A stretch of 64,000 nucleotides of DNA from Amoebophrya sp. A120 (Eukaryota; Protista; Dinoflagellata). This document shows positions 59,458 to 64,000 of the stretch, in pieces. The stretch spans positions 1,328,438 through 1,392,437 of the forward strand of contig CAJINV010000005.1 of NCBI GenBank assembly GCA_905178155.1, in the 5' to 3' direction. The notes under the pieces are model-generated. The model saw only the letters and a list, made by a program, of their open reading frames with translations. It had not been told where the DNA came from and did not search any database. Both the position numbers and the translations under genes were made by a program. Positions within the stretch are counted from its first letter, which is position 1; the number at the start of each line of letters is the position of its first letter.

Positions 59458-61797
59458 TTATGAATCTTCGTCACATTTTGACAAAAAATCTAAAATTTTT
59501 CCGTATACTGCCGCATCGCAAGAGCTGCACGTGGCGTGAGAGAAAAGCCTAGGGCATTCCTCCTGGAAGGATTCTAAAGAAGTTCTGTCCCATGCCACCT
59601 TCTCGACCTCGCGCGAAAATTTGATCGCGTCGTCATCGTGTAGGTATATCGTGTGAGCGCGGTCAAGTGCCCTCAGGCTTGCGATATTCGCATAGGTTTC
59701 TAAGCTTTTGGACGAGTGTCTGTTTACCATCTGTCTTAGTTCCATACTCGAGATAGGTGCGTAGTGCACATCGAGACAGTAGCTGTTCCTCCATCCGCCT
59801 TGATAATAAGCTAAACGTCGTGAGACATCATGTTCAATATAATGCTTTGCCCCTCCTTTGCGCAGCGAAATTGGTTTTTCAGGAACCGTTCCTGACAAGG
59901 CGTAGCTAAAAAAGGCTTTGATGTCTTTCCTAATACCATCTTTGCTAGATTTGAATGCACCCCTGGTTTTAATGTTTGCATTCCCTATCACGAAGAAAAA
60001 GGCATCGTCGGGGGCCATTTTTCGTCCTAGTACTATGTCAAAGAAGGCGCGGGCAAATCGCTGGTAATCGGCTATCATTCTTGTGAAATGCGTTGGCACC
60101 CAGGCTTCTGAGCCGAATGAGAGCTGGTCACTCTTTGCTTGAGAAACGAAAATTGCGTACTGCGGTCCCGACCCTGGTGACGCGGTGATTGTTACATCAC
60201 GCAACCGCAACAGTCTGACCTCGTCGTTCCTCCTAACACAGAAGAAAGCTATGACAACTATTGCTAATTTTTGAAGTCGTAAAACTAGATCTATATCGTT
60301 GCACGACATGTTTCTCAAGACTTTCTTCTGGAAATCTCCGTCGCTGTCTACCATGTGCTTGTGGTGTCGCTGCCAGTGCTCCCATTCTGTCGTGTAGGCG
60401 TCGAGCATCTCGGTGGTCGTCGGACACCACTTTGCATCCAGTGGGGCTCCATGGTGTGCTTCTTTTTTGAACCTGTGATATGGAAATATGTGATGATTCG
60501 AGACGAAGTTCCATAATTTATGCTGAGAGAAGACATCATCAAACTTTTAGCCACGAGAAACAAATAAAATGTACCCTTTCCATAGCTTCTGGAAGAAAGC
60601 GCCTCTGTTCTTCGTGGTGTAGCCGCTTAACTCGATTCTCGAGGAATTGAAGGCGTTTATCGCCGCGCTCAATTGTAAAAAAGCGCCCCACCGTATTCGA
60701 TTCGAGTCTTCATTTTTGTAGGCGCTGTGGACCGAGTGAACATGTGCGAACGTCACGAACAGAAGCGATGCCTCGGCATCCGTGGTTATCGGCCACAAAA
60801 TGAAACCAAATTCACGAGCGACGGCTGGGATCACCTTCGACAAGATCGATGTATAGCTTCTCGACGTACCCTCTGTTATAGAGGAGTTGGCGTGGTCCGC
60901 AGTCGCCGATTCTAATAACTGGGCTGCTTGGTCAGAAAGCGGGAAGGCACCGAAAATCTCGCTGATTGCGGCCTTTATTGTAAAATCGATCTTGAGACCT
61001 TCTTCAGAAACTGGCGTGTAATTCTTAGCAGCTTTTCCTTTTGCATGCTGGTAAAAATGTAAAACACTCGATATCGACGGAGTGGGAGTCGTGAGCACTA
61101 TGTTTCCCGGTTTCGATATGATGGCGATGGAGTCTGACGTGGCGTCGCTTGACGACGTTGCGCTCGATGACATTGAACTCGACGACGTTACAGAACCAGC
61201 TGCTGCTCCTTGCGAAGAATTGCATGCACTGGAGATACACAGCGATACATCAGACCAGGCGTTCATGCACATTAGTGCGTCTAGCGGTTTCTTCAACGCC
61301 TCTTTCCGTAATTCCATGTGCTCGAGTATTCCCGTAACTCCGAATAGCGTTGTCGAGAATTTATGCTCCAACGCTGGTGAAGAGACGGCAGTCACGAATC
61401 CAGACGACGGCACGATTGCGCTGAAATCCTCTAGAGCCTCCTCGTGCCAGTCTTCCACACACACTAACTCTGTCTCCACAGCGTCCATCAGAGAGATGTA
61501 GTACTCAGGTGATTTCCGCTTCGATGATGCAGGGGCGATAGATGCGGCTTGTGGTGGCGCGACGATCGGCTTTTTGCTTGATTTCCTTTCAGCGTTCGCT
61601 AATTCTTTCAGCGATGCTGCTACCGCCGCTTGCTCAGCAATTTTGTGTAACTCGCGCTGCCTGACCTCTTGGCCAAGAGCGTCTTTTATCGCATCACTTG
61701 CAATTAATTTGCTCATCGTGAAGTGACTACCTACTAAGGCTGTCATAGAGGTTGCTGGAAGATCTGTGTGTGCCAAAATGCACTCCGGACGCAACAA
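59458..61797 (-). CDS. Tyrosine recombinase (2 or more exons)
   Basis: SITEGTSRSY; LWKG|FKK across GT-AG intron 60473-60574; catalytic FFCVRRNDE, AKSDQ, ISLRKGGA, GGWRNS...VHY. Confidence 0.85.
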
Positions 61798-62011
61798 CAG
61801 GAAGAACCGGGCAACAGACGAAAGAAAGAAAATAAAAGAAAAGGTGAGGACTCACTAATCTCTTGCCATGATCTCTCCTGCGTGACACAACTTCAAAGAA
61901 CATGCCACCGTCGGCGTCGAGCTACATTGACGCCATGGAAAAGGGGGCGCTTGTATCTGCCTTGACTCATGTATTCTTTTATCGATAAAGAAATTGAAAC
62001 AGGTTACTTCG

Positions 62012-63797
62012 TCAGTTGAAGGGGTTGGCATAAGTAGTGACGTTAGAAATGTTGCGCCCTTTTCCACCATTGTTGTTTTTGGTTCTTTTCGCAAACGGTT
62101 GACCTCCATTTCCATTGAACGGACGGAGCAAATTGTTACCAAGACCTTTTTGAAAATTTTGGTTACCACCAAACTGCTGGTTCCCACCGAACTGCTGGTT
62201 GCCACCCCCGTTCTTTCCCGCAAGGACGACCGGGCAGCTCTTGTTCCAGTGGGCTTCTCCGTTGCACTGCGGGCGTGGGCACTTGATGTAGCACGTGTTG
62301 TTCGAGTCCGAGCAGGCCTTCAAGCCCATCTTCTTCCCCACGTGATGGTTTCCTGGACCTTTGCCGCCCATGAGGCAGTTGACACAGCTCTGGGTTTTCT
62401 GCATCCACTGCGACAAAATCGCTTCGCTCTTGGCTTTCGCCGTTTCCATCGCAGCGTATGCTCCTGCGGTGGTGCGCGGTGCCTCGGTCATGATACGGTT
62501 GATCTCGTTGTACAGCTGCTGATTCTTTTGCTGGATCGCGTTGTTGCCCGTGGGGTTCTGTCCCAGCTCGGGGAAGGCGTTCCTGCCGCTGCCTCCTGCG
62601 ATCATCGACATGAAGCTTCCGCCCATCTGCATCATGCGCTGCATAATACTGGGCTTGCATAAATTATCGCAAGCCGCCTGTGTCATTGCACAGGCGTATT
62701 CGAGGTTATAAAAAGCCTCGTCGACCGCGGACGCGACGTACTTGTCAGGCAGCCGACCCCGGGCATTCTCCAAGGCTTAAAACTTGCTATCTTTTTTCTA
62801 ATGTTACGAAGGAAAACAAAAAAAAGAAAGTGGCGGCAATGCCGCCAAAGACAACACCCAGCCCGAAGGCCACCGGGCAGAAATCACGTTGGGCGGGACA
62901 ACAAAAACGAACGGGGCCAAGAACTTCGCGGCCAAATACCGAACGCCGCTGGGCTCTTCCCATCCAGAGAGAAAATGGCCCAGAAGGGAGGCGGCCCCGA
63001 GGGGGGGTCAGGCGCGAGATGCAAGATTAGGGGTGGCGGCAATTCGCCCACACAAAAAGCCGGGAAGCCGCCCGGCAAAATGATCAACACCAACCGCCTA
63101 GCCGGAAACAGGCCGGGCGGGGCGCCTCTTGCCTCCGGCTAATTCCTTGCCTAAATCGATGCTAAGGCAAGCGACTAACTTCGCGCCTAATTTCCTGGCT
63201 AAATCACGGCTAATTTTTTTCATTGCAAATCCCCCCACATTCCCTATGCTGGAATTAGAAACAAATTAGACGCGAAATTAGAGCCCAAATTAGACCCCCC
63301 CCCGCCCCACTTCTGCGCCCCTCGTGAACCCCGGCCGGGCGGGCCGGGGCCATTGATGTGCGGCCCGAGACAAATGGAAAACAATCGCGCTGCCTTCCTT
63401 CTGGGGCGCAAACATCGCAGGGGCGCAAACCTTGGCAACCCCGGGCCGGATGCGCCCCGGGCCCTGGAGACCCCGGGGCGGGCAATCTTCGCCAAACAAT
63501 GCTAAAAACGCAAATCCCCAGCGCCCCAGCTTCCAAAACCTGCAAAAACTACCGACGACAAAACCCGTGCCCGGACTACCTCCAGAACCCTCGGGGCCCC
63601 AGACTCGCGGGGCCACGACGAAAAGAAGCAAGGGGGGCGCCATGCCGGAACAATGTGGGGCCCACAATATTAGAAAAAAATCGGCAGCCTTTTAGGCGGC
63701 AAATTTGCGAGCCATCGGCCGGCTGATACTTCTTTTTGAGGGCGGCCGCAAAATCTTTGATGAGAAAATACCTGGCTTTTGTAATTTTTGTGATTAC
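62012..63797 (-). CDS. Gag-like protein with CCHC knuckles, interrupted by a hAT-like insertion
   Basis: CVNC...H...C and CPRPQCNGEAHWNKSC knuckles, GGNQQF tail; removing 62746-63725 plus 8 bp gives in-frame FAAALKKKYVASAVDEAF. Confidence 0.7.
62746..63725. mobile_element. GC-rich hAT-like non-autonomous element, related to 169-1430
   Basis: Left end caggcagccgaccccgggca matches the 169 end; right end ...tcggccggctg; TSD gtacttgt/atacttct; internal AAATTAGAC repeats. Confidence 0.78.
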
Positions 63798-64000
63798 CTA
63801 GCGAACAATCGCATGAGAGTTATGTGGTGGTCTGCATGGATATTTGCTTGTGTGTCACGAGTCAGGACGAGAGCAACATGAGAGGAAATTGTCTGTACAG
63901 TTGATAATTGTAATTCAAGGACAAATTCTTCTTGGCCACGGAGTTTTTGGTCAGGGCGGCTGACTTTTTTTCGTAGAAGGTCACGGGCCACAAGAAATAT

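Larger units (their letters stand above)
53431..64000 (-). mobile_element. Tyrosine-recombinase retrotransposon (DIRS/VIPER-like), intron-containing; 5' end beyond the window
   Basis: Co-oriented gag-like CCHC ORF, YR, RT (YVDD), RNase H, MT-like and macro domains. Termini not identified, so boundaries are approximate. Confidence 0.85.

Noticed and set aside
2262-62662. Plus-strand ORFs such as 19461-20213, 38866-39597 and 61994-62662
   Set aside because: Antisense shadows of minus-strand coding sequence with no independent motifs.

Overview
Eukaryotic genomic DNA, most likely from an Amoebophrya-like syndinian dinoflagellate (inferred from gene co-orientation and non-canonical inverted-repeat introns). 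All nine host genes I can reconstruct lie on the minus strand: a TRAF-zinc-finger protein, an STPG/SHIPPO repeat protein, a ~10 kb WD40 gene, an alpha/beta hydrolase, a MAPEG protein, a RAD5-like SNF2-RING helicase, a large coiled-coil protein and two hypotheticals. The window holds 26 short MITE-like 'introner' elements from at least six families, nearly all with TAT...ATA terminal inverted repeats (TIRs) and 5-bp target-site duplications (TSDs). In coding regions, removing the element plus exactly one TSD copy restores the reading frame. Unrelated families share an internal TGT(C/G/A)ATGC motif, and copies occur in both orientations. There are also three GC-rich non-coding TIR elements: two hAT-like (8-bp TSD) and one 5.2-kb foldback-like element (5-bp TSD). 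The last ~10.5 kb is a tyrosine-recombinase (YR) retroelement with the order gag - YR - extra ORFs - RT/RNase H/MT-like, a C-terminal macro domain, and introns inside its YR, RT and RNase H coding regions. All gene models are hand reconstructions without RNA evidence.
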